A stretch of DNA of 64,000 bases. Source: Patescibacteria group bacterium (GTDB taxonomy: Bacteria; Patescibacteriota; Minisyncoccia; Phycocordibacterales; Phycocordibacteraceae). The position numbers were made by a program, and so were the translations under genes. The notes beneath the pieces were generated by a model. That model saw nothing but the letters and a program-made list of their open reading frames with translations. It made no database searches and was not told the origin of the DNA. The stretch spans positions 184,486 to 248,485 of the forward strand of contig JAIELV010000001.1 in assembly GCA_019752595.1 (NCBI GenBank), given 5' to 3'. Of the stretch, positions 54,946 to 64,000 are shown in pieces (within the stretch, counting starts at the first letter, position 1; each line of letters starts with the position of its first letter).

Positions 54946-57348
54946 CTAGGGAATGAAATTAATGATTCTTCCAGGCACAAAGACCACTTTTTTTGAATTT
55001 TCAGGGACGTACGCATTGAGTTTTACGTCTTTTTTCAATAACGCAATTACGTCTTCTTCAGAAGCAGAGCGCGGCACCACACAGGTGCCTTTTGTTTTAC
55101 CTGCAATTTGAAGGGCCAGTGTAACTGTTTCAGATTCAAGTTTTGCAGAGTTAAACACTGGCCATGGTGCTGTATGAATTGAATCTGTGTGACCGAGCTC
55201 GCGCCACAGTTCTTCCGTTATATGCGGAGCAAACGGCGCGAGTAATTTCAAAAAATCTTGGTATGCGTCTTTAGGCACAGCGGGAAGCGCTTCGAAAGCG
55301 TTCAGGCAAATCATTAACTGAGAAACTGCGGTGTTCATGTTGAAAGTTTCTATGTCCGCACCTACTTTTTTTATTGTCTGATGGAACACCGTTTCAGCGC
55401 CCCCCAAAGAATCTCCGTCAATTTTTTGAGACAAGCGCCACACTCGCTCCACGAATCTACGCGAGCCGATGATGCTTGCAGTGTTCCAAGGCTTCATTGC
55501 CTCGAGAGGACCCATGAACATCTCATAGATACGTATAGTGTCTGCGCCATAGAGCTCTACTACTTCATCGGGATTAATCACGTTCCCTTTTGACTTCGAC
55601 ATCTTACTTCCATCCTCCGCTAAAATCATTCCCTGGTGACGTAACTTTTTGAATGGCTCGGTAAACGAAATCATTCCGTGTCTATGCAAAGCTTTCGTAA
55701 AGAAACGCGCGTACATAAGGTGTAAGACGGTGTGTTCAGCACCCCCCATATATAAATCAACAGGAAGCCATTTCTTAATTGCTTCTGGTGAGGCAAACAA
55801 GTCTTCGTTACGCGGATCTGCGAAACGGAAGAAATACCACGATGAACAGACGAAGGTGTCCATGGTGTCTATCTCGGGTTTCCATCCTTTTCCAAAAATT
55901 CGCTCAGTTCTTTCTAAAAGCTCTTTCGAAGTACCTAATGGTGCGGTTCCTTTCGGTAAATATTCAACATCTGTCGGAAGAATCCAGGGCAAATGTTCTT
56001 CGGGAACAGCGTGCGGATTTCCTTCTGGGTCATACACAACAGGTATAGGAGCGCCCCAGTATCTCTGACGCGAAATCAGCCAATCACGCAGGCGATACGT
56101 AACTTTTCGTCTCGCTATCGATTCTTTTTCCATCCAATCCACCATTTCTGTAATTAACTCGGGTGAAATGCTTCGACCGGTGAAAGGACCTGAATCTTTC
56201 AAAACACCTACGTTGTCGTGTGCATTCACGAATTCCCCTTCTTCCCCGACCACGTGGCGAAGTGGAATGTGATACTTCTGTGCGAATTCAACGTCACGCG
56301 GGTCATGCGCAGAACAGCGAATAACTCCTGTACCAAAATCCATTAGAACAAAGTTTGCAATCCACACTGGCATACGGACACCTTTTCGGTACGGATCTTC
56401 TACATACCGCCCCGTAAACACACCAAGTTTTTCTTTTGCTTCACCGCGTTCTGCAGTCGTTGTTTTTGCAACCGTAGCAAGAAAAGCTCTGACTTCGGAT
56501 TCCTCTTTTTGTCCTCGTATCAAATCTTCTACCTGAGGATGTTCGGGAGCAATAACAATGAACGTGTCGGCGAACATCCATGCAGGATACGCGCTGAAGG
56601 TTTCGATACTGAAATCAGCATCGACCACTTTGTGCGGAACAACTATCCCCTCTTTGCGTCCAATCCAGTTTCTCTGATTAATTTTTGTTGACTCTGGCCA
56701 GTCGACATCATCTAGACCCTTGATAAGGTCATCACAGAACTCTGTTATTTTGAAAAACCACTGTGAGAGTTCTTTTTGAATAACAGGAGTGCCACAACGA
56801 AAACATACACCCTTTGTGCCGTCTTCGGCTACCGTTTGCTCGTTTGCAAGAACGGTTTGGTCTTTTGAACACCAATTAACCCGTGCAAGTTTTTTCTCTG
56901 CCAATCCATTTTTGTAGAGAAAGAGAAAAAACCACTGAGTGAATTTGTAATACTCGGGAGTGTGCGTACCTATTTCGCGCGACCAATCGTACGAAAGACC
57001 AAGACTTTGAATTTGTGTACGAAAATTTTGTATTGCGACATCTGTCGAAGCCTGCGGAGCAGTACCTGTTTTGATAGCGTAGTTTTCTGCAGGCAAACCG
57101 AACGCATCCCAACCCATCGGGTGCAACACTTCCTTACCCTGCATTCGCTGATAACGCGTGATGACGTCCGTTGCCGTATAGCCTTCTACGTGCCCCACAT
57201 GAAGCCCTGAGCCCGAGGGGTACGGAAACATGTCCAAAATATAGTGAGGTTCTTTTTTCGTATCAGAATCGGCTTGGTAGATACCCGTTTTCTTCCACTC
57301 ATCCTGCCACTTCTCTTCTATTTCCTTATGATCGTATTCTTTCGCCAT
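54946..57348 (-). CDS. leuS: leucine--tRNA ligase
   Basis: HVGHVEGYT (HIGH), KMSKSKGN, 800 aa. Confidence 0.9.
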   Translation of the reverse strand: MAKEYDHKEIEEKWQDEWKKTGIYQADSDTKKEPHYILDMFPYPSGSGLHVGHVEGYTATDVITRYQRMQGKEVLHPMGWDAFGLPAENYAIKTGTAPQASTDVAIQNFRTQIQSLGLSYDWSREIGTHTPEYYKFTQWFFLFLYKNGLAEKKLARVNWCSKDQTVLANEQTVAEDGTKGVCFRCGTPVIQKELSQWFFKITEFCDDLIKGLDDVDWPESTKINQRNWIGRKEGIVVPHKVVDADFSIETFSAYPAWMFADTFIVIAPEHPQVEDLIRGQKEESEVRAFLATVAKTTTAERGEAKEKLGVFTGRYVEDPYRKGVRMPVWIANFVLMDFGTGVIRCSAHDPRDVEFAQKYHIPLRHVVGEEGEFVNAHDNVGVLKDSGPFTGRSISPELITEMVDWMEKESIARRKVTYRLRDWLISRQRYWGAPIPVVYDPEGNPHAVPEEHLPWILPTDVEYLPKGTAPLGTSKELLERTERIFGKGWKPEIDTMDTFVCSSWYFFRFADPRNEDLFASPEAIKKWLPVDLYMGGAEHTVLHLMYARFFTKALHRHGMISFTEPFKKLRHQGMILAEDGSKMSKSKGNVINPDEVVELYGADTIRIYEMFMGPLEAMKPWNTASIIGSRRFVERVWRLSQKIDGDSLGGAETVFHQTIKKVGADIETFNMNTAVSQLMICLNAFEALPAVPKDAYQDFLKLLAPFAPHITEELWRELGHTDSIHTAPWPVFNSAKLESETVTLALQIAGKTKGTCVVPRSASEEDVIALLKKDVKLNAYVPENSKKVVFVPGRIINFIP

Positions 57349-57379
57349 CAGGCGATTATACCCCTTCTCTTAAATCTTT

Positions 57380-57949
57380 TTAACGACTTCGTCTTGCACG
57401 CACTGCTTCAGCTTTTTGGTACGTCATATTTTCGTTACGAATTTGAAATGCTGCCCAAAGTAGAAAAGCTGCTCCTACAGCAAGCCCAACGGGTGGGTAC
57501 GCCAAAGTGGCTCCTACAACTCCGAGTGCCTTTCCTCCTGCAACGAGGACTCCTGTGCCAAGCAATTCAAGTGCTCCAGGAATCAACGGAGCAAGGTATG
57601 CAAGTATACCCGCTACGCTTCCGAGGGCAGCAGCAGGGACAAGAATTTTTGCGAGCATTTGCGAAATCTCGATAAAGTCTGTTGGCACGCGCAGTGCTTC
57701 ATCTACGTATCTTTCAGCGGTCATAGGGTGTTTAATTTTGTAAATAGGCGGAGGTTCTGTTATATCGAAAAACCGAGTGTGCGGTTGAGCTTCAGAGCGA
57801 GGTAATCGGCTTTCAAGTTTTGCTCGTGAATCAGAGATTCTTTCTGCTTTTGGAACAAATACATCACCAGACACGGGGCGAGATTCGCGTCTCGAATATG
57901 AAGACTGCCTTGTGGCACCTAGTTCCTGTGTTGAGCCTGTATCAAACAT
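57380..57949 (-). CDS. hypothetical membrane protein (189 aa; C-terminal Gly/Ala-rich TM pair)
   Basis: ORF only. Confidence 0.3.
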   Translation of the reverse strand: MFDTGSTQELGATRQSSYSRRESRPVSGDVFVPKAERISDSRAKLESRLPRSEAQPHTRFFDITEPPPIYKIKHPMTAERYVDEALRVPTDFIEISQMLAKILVPAAALGSVAGILAYLAPLIPGALELLGTGVLVAGGKALGVVGATLAYPPVGLAVGAAFLLWAAFQIRNENMTYQKAEAVRARRSR

Positions 57950-58003
57950 AAGTCAATTATACCACATATAGTGGCTGTTTGTCAAATACCGCTCTGTTGA
58001 GGG

Positions 58004-58936
58004 TTAAATGGTCTTTTTGTACGGAGGGTAGCGTTCGGGGTCTATAGTTCTGTCGAAACACACTTCCCCTTCCGCGTGTTGCCAATTTTCGTTTGAAAGA
58101 TCTGGGCGCATAGGTGTTGAAACACCTGCAGTGTCACGACTTGGCATATTGAATACCGCACACAGCTTGAATGACGCATCAGAGGTTCGTTCGTACGTGT
58201 ATGAAGCACCTGTCTGCGTGTCTAACGGCGGAACAAAACCGCCTATCGGGTCTTTCAGCTCGTCCATCGATTCAGGAAGAGTTTCTTTTGTTTGCCAGAA
58301 ACTGACAATCTGCCACTGAATGTTTTGAAGGTCGGCAACTTTTTGATCATCAAACTTCATAAGGCGTGCTGATTCAGGAGAACCGATGATGAGGAATGAA
58401 GATACGACTGCGATTGCGACAACGAGCGAAACAACGCCTCCGATTGCAACAGAAAGTCCTGCTTTTCTCTCCCACGTTCCGCGCAGTTCTTCAATGAAGT
58501 AGGAAAAGACACCTGCAAGTACCGCAAAGACGACACCTGCTTTGAGTGCGAAACGAATTGAAAGGTCGCCCTGAAGATACGAGTTAATCAGGATGATGAC
58601 GTCAATTGCCATTACCAATCCTGCAATAAACAGAGTGATGAACACGAGCCAGCGACGAACCCAAATTTCTTTCTTTTCAGGTACTTTTCGAATGTCCTGA
58701 TGAATCATACGAAGCATCCAGACAAAGAGCGGGAACATTACGAGAAGTGAAGCAATAGCAAAACGTATTGGGCCCGAGTACGGGTCACCATACATAATCA
58801 TTTCGTTCGGGAACCAAATATCAATGTACTGATGCGAAAGAAGGATAAAAGAAACTGCAGAGATATACAGCGCAACCATTGCGCCGAGCCATAGGAAAAA
58901 ATCTTTCGGGGTTGTTTTTGGTTTTACTGTGTCCAT
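58004..58936 (-). CDS. hypothetical polytopic membrane protein (start set at MDTVKPK)
   Basis: Several TM segments followed by a soluble C-terminal domain. Confidence 0.4.
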   Translation of the reverse strand: MDTVKPKTTPKDFFLWLGAMVALYISAVSFILLSHQYIDIWFPNEMIMYGDPYSGPIRFAIASLLVMFPLFVWMLRMIHQDIRKVPEKKEIWVRRWLVFITLFIAGLVMAIDVIILINSYLQGDLSIRFALKAGVVFAVLAGVFSYFIEELRGTWERKAGLSVAIGGVVSLVVAIAVVSSFLIIGSPESARLMKFDDQKVADLQNIQWQIVSFWQTKETLPESMDELKDPIGGFVPPLDTQTGASYTYERTSDASFKLCAVFNMPSRDTAGVSTPMRPDLSNENWQHAEGEVCFDRTIDPERYPPYKKTI

Positions 58937-58943
58937 GTACCTA

Positions 58944-59144
58944 TTATAACGTATGCGGATGGTGTTCGTGACAGCGGTAAAACGGTCCTCCGCCGTCAGG
59001 TGTGCATTCAAAGGCCGCATCTCGACGACATTCAAACGTCCAATCGCATTGCGGAGAATAAACGGGTATTGTTTTTTCTTGACGTTTGAGGCCAGTAATT
59101 TTTACTTGCACTCCGACAGGATCAAATTGTTCTGGGTAACTCAT
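58944..59144 (-). CDS. hypothetical Cys/His-rich small protein (66 aa)
   Basis: CDWTFECRRDAAFECTPDGGGPFYRCHEHHPH. Confidence 0.3.
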   Translation of the reverse strand: MSYPEQFDPVGVQVKITGLKRQEKTIPVYSPQCDWTFECRRDAAFECTPDGGGPFYRCHEHHPHTL

Positions 59145-59176
59145 AGAAACAGTTAACTACGAATTTAAATTGAGAC

Positions 59177-59208
59177 AAACAAAAAAGTGCTATACTAAGT
59201 ATAGCACT
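59177..59208 (-). terminator. rho-independent terminator (minus strand)
   Basis: Perfect 10-bp stem AGTGCTATAC/GTATAGCACT with a 3-nt loop. On the minus strand it is followed by TTTTTTGTTTG. Confidence 0.65.
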
Positions 59209-59223
59209 TTGGCGGGCGTTTTA

Positions 59224-59409
59224 TTACGATCGATCTGGACGCTCACTGACTTCAACGTAAGGCTTTGGATGAGCATCTTCCCTTTCTTGGGCAGACAATT
59301 GATGTCCAACCAGCACCTTGCCGAGAGCAGCAATGAGTTCGCGTGGGGTGAAGTCGAGCTTATAGCCTTCTTCCCAGGGCATTATCTCTCTTTCAGGTTT
59401 TATAGCCAT
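59224..59409 (-). CDS. hypothetical small protein (61 aa)
   Basis: ORF immediately upstream of the terminator. Confidence 0.3.
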   Translation of the reverse strand: MAIKPEREIMPWEEGYKLDFTPRELIAALGKVLVGHQLSAQEREDAHPKPYVEVSERPDRS

Positions 59410-59482
59410 GTTTTGTGGTTTATATTATATATGTGAATTTTGTCAACCTTTGTGCAACACTGAGTATTGCACAAGGTGGGGA

Positions 59483-60580
59483 TTAGATTTTGAACTCTAT
59501 AACGTCGCCGTCTTTGACGATGTATTCCTTTCCTTCTGTACGCACCCACCCTTTTTCCCTTGCCTTCACGAGTGACCCTGCTTCTACGAGCTGGTCATAG
59601 GCAACTACTTCTGCACGAATAAATTTATCTTTAAAATCCGTGTGTATTGCCTGCCCCGCTTCAGGTGCGGAAGCGCCGACCTTCACAGTCCATGCACGTG
59701 TCTCGTCTTCACCTGTGGTGAAATACATCATAAGTCCAAGCAGTCGATATCCTGCACGAATCAGGTCGTCGATACCGTCGTTAAAAACTCCAAACTCGCG
59801 ACGCAAATTTTCCCTGTCTTCATCCGCAACGTCTCTTAATTCGTTTTCTATTGCAGCATCGACAACCGCGTAGGTCGCTCCCATGCTTTCTATAAACTGA
59901 ATGAGCTCTGTGTAGCGGGCATCCTTCATCTCATCCAAATTGTGACCGCCCGCCTTTTTGTTGAGGATGTACATAATTGGTTTCATGGTCAAAAGCTGCA
60001 ACCCGCGTACAGCAAATTTTTCTTCGTCTGTCAGCGTTGTGGTTGATGCCAGTTTTCCTTCTGAAAGAGTTTTGTCTAACTTCTGAAGAGTTAGTTGTTC
60101 AAGGATGGCTGCTTTGTCTCCGCGTTTTACATCGCGGTCTACGGAGTTGAGGCGCTTTGCAACAACTTGCAGATCCGAAAGGACAAGCTCAAGGTTAATG
60201 ACCTCAATATCATTCACTGGATGAATGCGGCCTTCCACATGCAAAATGTCAGGATCTTCAAAGATACGAACTACTTGTGCGATAGCGTTCGTCTCACGAA
60301 TGTGTTGGAGAAATTGATTTCCTAACCCCTGCCCTTCAGAAGCACCTTTCACCAAACCTGCAATGTCGACGAATTCAACTATTGCGGGGATAGTTTTTTT
60401 AGAATTCGAAATTTCAGTAAGTACCTGAAGACGCGGGTCTGGCACGCTCACCACACCGACCGAAGGGTCGATAGTGGCAAAGGGATAATTGGCAATCAAA
60501 ATATCTTTGCGGGTAAGCGCTTTGAAAAGAGTTGATTTCCCCACGTTGGGGAGTCCGACAATACCTAATGAAAGACCCAT
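59483..60580 (-). CDS. ychF: ribosome-binding ATPase YchF
   Basis: GIVGLPNVGKSTLF...ANYPFATIDP and C-terminal TGS domain. Confidence 0.9.
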   Translation of the reverse strand: MGLSLGIVGLPNVGKSTLFKALTRKDILIANYPFATIDPSVGVVSVPDPRLQVLTEISNSKKTIPAIVEFVDIAGLVKGASEGQGLGNQFLQHIRETNAIAQVVRIFEDPDILHVEGRIHPVNDIEVINLELVLSDLQVVAKRLNSVDRDVKRGDKAAILEQLTLQKLDKTLSEGKLASTTTLTDEEKFAVRGLQLLTMKPIMYILNKKAGGHNLDEMKDARYTELIQFIESMGATYAVVDAAIENELRDVADEDRENLRREFGVFNDGIDDLIRAGYRLLGLMMYFTTGEDETRAWTVKVGASAPEAGQAIHTDFKDKFIRAEVVAYDQLVEAGSLVKAREKGWVRTEGKEYIVKDGDVIEFKI

Positions 60581-60621
60581 AGTTCGCCAATACTAGCGGT
60601 TTTTTCTCTTACGTCCAAATT

Positions 60622-61203
60622 CTATCTGTCTTTTTCGTTTGTAAATACATACCGCTCGCCTGTTGCGGTCGAATGTTTCTCTGCGAAACCATCGCGTTCA
60701 AGTGCTTGCCAGGTTCGTGAACCGCCGTCTCCCCACGGTCCTTTATTGTATGTTTCAAAATCAGACCAAAGCGGCCCTTGCCCAAGTTCCACCAGACGCG
60801 TATGCATACTCTTAAAAAGGCGTGTGCCGATTCCTTTTTTCTGAAGCCCGTCTTGAACTTTTATTCCCCAAAGAATGTATTGATCTTTATACTCTGCTGC
60901 CTGCTCGGGATTTTGATTCGGATGCCCCTTCGGCGAATACGCAGCGTACGCTTGAGCAGCAACAACTCCGTCCCTGACAACGTAGCATTGCAAAATTGAC
61001 GGGGTTTCTTTCTCTTCGAAGGCATATGTAATTTCCCCTTGCCCCACACTTTCAGAGACTCGAACATATTGCTCGTGCGCTTTTTTCCCCTTCGCATTCA
61101 ACTCAATAGTAGAGATGACTGCTTTCGGTACACGCTCAAAAGGAATTTCGGTAAAACCAGGAATAGTTTCTCTCTGTTCTGCTCCAGAAAATTCCCCAAC
61201 CAT
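60622..61203 (-). CDS. GNAT-family acetyltransferase (putative)
   Basis: QKKGIGTRLF motif-A-like segment. Confidence 0.4.
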   Translation of the reverse strand: MVGEFSGAEQRETIPGFTEIPFERVPKAVISTIELNAKGKKAHEQYVRVSESVGQGEITYAFEEKETPSILQCYVVRDGVVAAQAYAAYSPKGHPNQNPEQAAEYKDQYILWGIKVQDGLQKKGIGTRLFKSMHTRLVELGQGPLWSDFETYNKGPWGDGGSRTWQALERDGFAEKHSTATGERYVFTNEKDR

Positions 61204-61252
61204 GTACGGTTAAGTATACGCAAAAAATGAAGCGGTGTATGGTATCTAAAAA

Positions 61253-61837
61253 CTAAACACCTCGTCTACCTATCCTACGAACTTCATCAAGCCACTTTGC
61301 TTTTTTTGGTTCGGAAACAGTTTCGGATGGATAAAAGATAGAGAGTGGGATAGGACTGAAGCCTGCAAAACCCAAGGTTGCTCTCTGAAGCTCATTGGTA
61401 AATTCGCCAAATAGAAACCACTGTATAAGAGGGCTTGTGTTTGCAAGAAGAATAATGCGAGCAGAACGGCCTTTCAGGCGTGCCGTCCACCACCAGTCGC
61501 CCTTGTGAAAATTAAACGCGAACCCAGGAAGCCATGCGCGGTCAAAGACACCTTTTAGAAGTGCTGGTGTCGTACACCACCAGTTGGGATACACAACGAC
61601 AAAGTGATCGCACCACTTTACGTTCTCCTGAAATGTTTTCAGGTCTGGTTCAAGTTCTTGAATGACTCGGTAGCCCTTATGCAAAATGGGGTCAAATTTC
61701 ATTTCGGGAAGGTTTTGACGTCTGACTTCATGCCCCGCTTCTAAAGCGCCCGCTTCATACGCATCAGCCATTTTTTTGGAAAGGGTTTCCATGTCCGGAT
61801 TCCCCATCAGGATGTAAATTTTCTTTTTCTGGATCAT
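61253..61837 (-). CDS. flavodoxin-like-fold NAD(P)H-dependent oxidoreductase (NQO/MdaB/KefF-like)
   Basis: IYILMGNP...HFVVVYPNWW...P.LLKGVFDR pattern of the Flavodoxin_2 family. Confidence 0.55.
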   Translation of the reverse strand: MIQKKKIYILMGNPDMETLSKKMADAYEAGALEAGHEVRRQNLPEMKFDPILHKGYRVIQELEPDLKTFQENVKWCDHFVVVYPNWWCTTPALLKGVFDRAWLPGFAFNFHKGDWWWTARLKGRSARIILLANTSPLIQWFLFGEFTNELQRATLGFAGFSPIPLSIFYPSETVSEPKKAKWLDEVRRIGRRGV

Positions 61838-61844
61838 AGGCGAG

Positions 61845-62120
61845 TTAGGGTTTCAGTATACGTTCGAGTTCGGCCTTATGAGTCGTGAGTACCCCCATAA
61901 TAGCTGCCTGTTGCGGCTCGCCTTTCTTCAGCCGTTCTGAAATTTCCGCAATAAGGTTCTTGAAAAAATCTGGATTATCGTCAAACGCCTTCATGACCTT
62001 CGCTTTTTGATCAGCTGGCATGTTTGCCAACTGCTTTGCGAGCATTTGTTTAATGAAGAAGTTCATCATAAAGTCATATGCTAACAGAAATTTGTCTCTG
62101 ATGGTCATTTTTTCCCACAC
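61845..62120 (-). CDS. hypothetical protein (91 aa)
   Basis: ORF only. Confidence 0.3.
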   Translation of the reverse strand: MWEKMTIRDKFLLAYDFMMNFFIKQMLAKQLANMPADQKAKVMKAFDDNPDFFKNLIAEISERLKKGEPQQAAIMGVLTTHKAELERILKP

Positions 62121-62177
62121 GTAAAGTCATACATTTCGTACTTGTACGTCTCTTGGGGGTCGTGGTACGCTCGATGC

Positions 62178-62429
62178 ATGTTAAAAGCAAACTTGGACGG
62201 GAACGAGTTCTTAGGCTCAACCACGGTCGGCGCAAAAGGTCAGGCGGTAATACCCGCTGAAGCCAGAAAAGCAATGAACCTTAAGGAGGGCGACAAACTT
62301 CTTGTTTTTCGGATAGGATGCGACATGGTTGCATTCTCAAAGGTTTCTCAGATGGAACGTTTTGCGAACCATCTTTCAAAAAAACTTACTACCGTCCGTT
62401 CAGCAATTAAAAAAGCTCAGCACCCTTAA
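62178..62429 (+). CDS. AbrB/MazE/SpoVT-type swapped-hairpin DNA-binding protein
   Basis: VGAKGQAVIPAEARKAMNLKEGDKLLVF matches the SpoVT_AbrB pattern. Start at an internal Met. Confidence 0.5.
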   Translation: MLKANLDGNEFLGSTTVGAKGQAVIPAEARKAMNLKEGDKLLVFRIGCDMVAFSKVSQMERFANHLSKKLTTVRSAIKKAQHP

Positions 62430-62434
62430 ATCAT

Positions 62435-64000
62435 ATGCAAGAACACCTCACCCGCGCGCTTACTCTTTTGAAAAGCGCAGCGAACCTTTTTGTAAAAGCC
62501 TCTGTTGAACTGTGGGCCTGGGCACGTGCGAATAAAAAGTTCTCTATACCTGGCGCTCTTGTTTTGGTTGTGCTCATTGGAGCTGGAGTATATTTTCTTG
62601 GTATGTCGGCAAAACCTGAAGATGCCGATACCCGCCGTGAAGTAGAGCTCACTTCGGTTGCTGATGTTTCCTCTGGCGAGCCTATTACCGTTATTGGTGA
62701 AATCCGTTCCGTATCTGAAGCTGACGTTGCACCAGATTCAAGTGGTCGCATTATCGGTGTCTATCGAAAGATTGGTGACTATGTAGGCGCAGGTGCAGTT
62801 ATTGCGGAAATCGAGAACTCGTCTCAGCGCGCCGCAGTAGCGCAAGCGGAGGCCGCACTTCAGCGTGCAAAGAGCGCCTCCACTATCTCGGGGATTTCGG
62901 TCGGTTCAGCGTCTGCAGGTGCTGAAACTGCTCGTCAAAGCGCGTACGCAGCGATAAATGACGCGATTGTAAGAAAGGCGGACGAAACGTTCACAAACGG
63001 GAGTTCAAAAACTTTCTTTGTGTCAGTCACTAACTCACAGCTGAAATACACACTTGAGGCAAAGCGCCTGGAGATGGAGGTTATCTTACAGCGACACGCC
63101 TCAGTTCGTTCTCAGACACTCTCTGACACTGAACTAATTGCGGAACTTCAGACACTTGAAAACGAGGTGCGCGCCGTTCGTGGTTTTATGAGCGATTTAG
63201 TGAATGCACTTGCGGGAGGAATTTCAACAGGCTCTGTAACAACTGCACAGATAGAGGGTTATGAGGCAAATGCAAACGCAGGTCTCTCTTCAATTACAGC
63301 ACTTGAAGGAAGTTTGGCAGCTGCTTCAGGCGGACTTCAGAGCGCGAAAGAAAACTTGAGCCAGGGAACGAGCGGAGAAAGCGCAGACATTGCGATTGCA
63401 CAGGCTTCCCTTTCAGCAGCAAAAGCAGTTCTTGAAAAAACAATTGTACGAGCACCAATTTCAGGAACTATAAATTCGATTTCTCTTGAGCAGGGTAACT
63501 TCGCGGCAGCAGGTGTTCCTGCAGTTCGCATCGTGAACGTGAGCGGCCTTGAAGCCGTTGCGTACCTCTCAGAGCGAGATCTTCCGCGCGTTACCGCTGG
63601 TTCGTCAGTGCGCATTTCTGGTATCGCGGACGGTAGAGTGAGTCGTGTTGCGCCAGCCTTAGACTCAAACACCCGTAAAGCGGAGATTCGAATCTCGATT
63701 CTCGGAACGGATTCAGGTGCAAATCGTTTTGTGGCGGGTCAGTCTGCAACCATTGAACTCTCACCTGCTCGTAAAGAAACAGATAAAGCAATTTTCATTC
63801 CTATTTCCTCTGTAAAAATTACACCTGACGGTGCTGTGGTATTTATTGCAAATGATGTGGGAGAGGACGGTACAACCACACTTCAGTCAATTCCGGTTAC
63901 CTTGGGCGCACTCTCTGGAGGAAAGGTGGAAATTACCAGCGGACTTTCACTCGACAATGTCATTGTCGCGGATGCTCGAGGTTTGAAGAACGGCCAGGAG
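62435..64000 (+). CDS. efflux-pump periplasmic adaptor (membrane fusion protein, HlyD family); 3' end outside the window
   Basis: N-terminal TM, long coiled-coil hairpin, C-terminal beta-barrel motifs (IVRAPISGTI...). Frame open to the window end; not in the ORF track because no stop. Confidence 0.7.
   Translation, partial: MQEHLTRALTLLKSAANLFVKASVELWAWARANKKFSIPGALVLVVLIGAGVYFLGMSAKPEDADTRREVELTSVADVSSGEPITVIGEIRSVSEADVAPDSSGRIIGVYRKIGDYVGAGAVIAEIENSSQRAAVAQAEAALQRAKSASTISGISVGSASAGAETARQSAYAAINDAIVRKADETFTNGSSKTFFVSVTNSQLKYTLEAKRLEMEVILQRHASVRSQTLSDTELIAELQTLENEVRAVRGFMSDLVNALAGGISTGSVTTAQIEGYEANANAGLSSITALEGSLAAASGGLQSAKENLSQGTSGESADIAIAQASLSAAKAVLEKTIVRAPISGTINSISLEQGNFAAAGVPAVRIVNVSGLEAVAYLSERDLPRVTAGSSVRISGIADGRVSRVAPALDSNTRKAEIRISILGTDSGANRFVAGQSATIELSPARKETDKAIFIPISSVKITPDGAVVFIANDVGEDGTTTLQSIPVTLGALSGGKVEITSGLSLDNVIVADARGLKNGQE

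Noticed and set aside
1-64000. CRISPR arrays, rRNA/tRNA genes, transposases/integrases
   Set aside because: No repeat-spacer periodicity, no rRNA-like conserved blocks, no tRNA cloverleaf motifs, and no ORF with DDE/tyrosine-recombinase signatures were seen.

Overview
Bacterial chromosomal window of about 48-50% GC, gene-dense, with most genes on the minus strand, many 4-nt start/stop overlaps, and few recognisable Shine-Dalgarno sequences. The core is housekeeping: seven tRNA synthetases (gltX, aspS, trpS, alaS, leuS plus mnmA and ychF as translation factors), a murG-ftsW-mraY-dacA-scpB-scpA block, pepA, a DEAD-box helicase, grpE-dnaK-dnaJ, a ribosomal/rpoA/infA cluster, an M16 peptidase pair, ung, an MGMT C-domain-only protein and mltG. 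The reduced content (no murD between mraY and ftsW, archaeal-type short AspRS, AlaRS without a C-terminal domain, many small membrane proteins) suggests a small-genome lineage such as Patescibacteria/CPR; that is an inference. Accessory content I can support: (1) a four-gene translationally coupled operon directly downstream of dnaJ, encoding a MIO-type aromatic-amino-acid/histidine ammonia-lyase homolog (Thr-Ser-Gly triad), an E1/ThiF-like adenylyltransferase, a PaaK/F390-synthetase-like ligase and an extended nitroreductase-superfamily protein, flanked by a small membrane protein and an orphan 7TM histidine kinase. This looks like an undescribed biosynthetic or modification system. (2) Two paralogous TrpR-like (YerC/YecD-family) regulators, each bracketed by its own distinct perfect palindrome; one sits between trpS and aspS. 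(3) A partial C5-cytosine methyltransferase next to a large GHKL/MORC-like ATPase at the window start (R-M/defence-like). (4) Two paralogous CxxC-x13-CxxC zinc-ribbon mini-proteins flanking a CDF metal transporter. (5) A nuclease/repair neighbourhood (ung, MGMT, Cas4-like PD-(D/E)xK nuclease, ATP-cone-restriction-endonuclease fusion). (6) An rpmJ (L36) gene that appears frameshifted. Also present: a promoter/29-codon ORF/terminator micro-locus, a Cys-rich 50-codon ORF, a cluster of four stem-loops, and a sigma-70-region-4 + HARE-HTH protein. No rRNA, tRNA, CRISPR array or transposase was recognisable.
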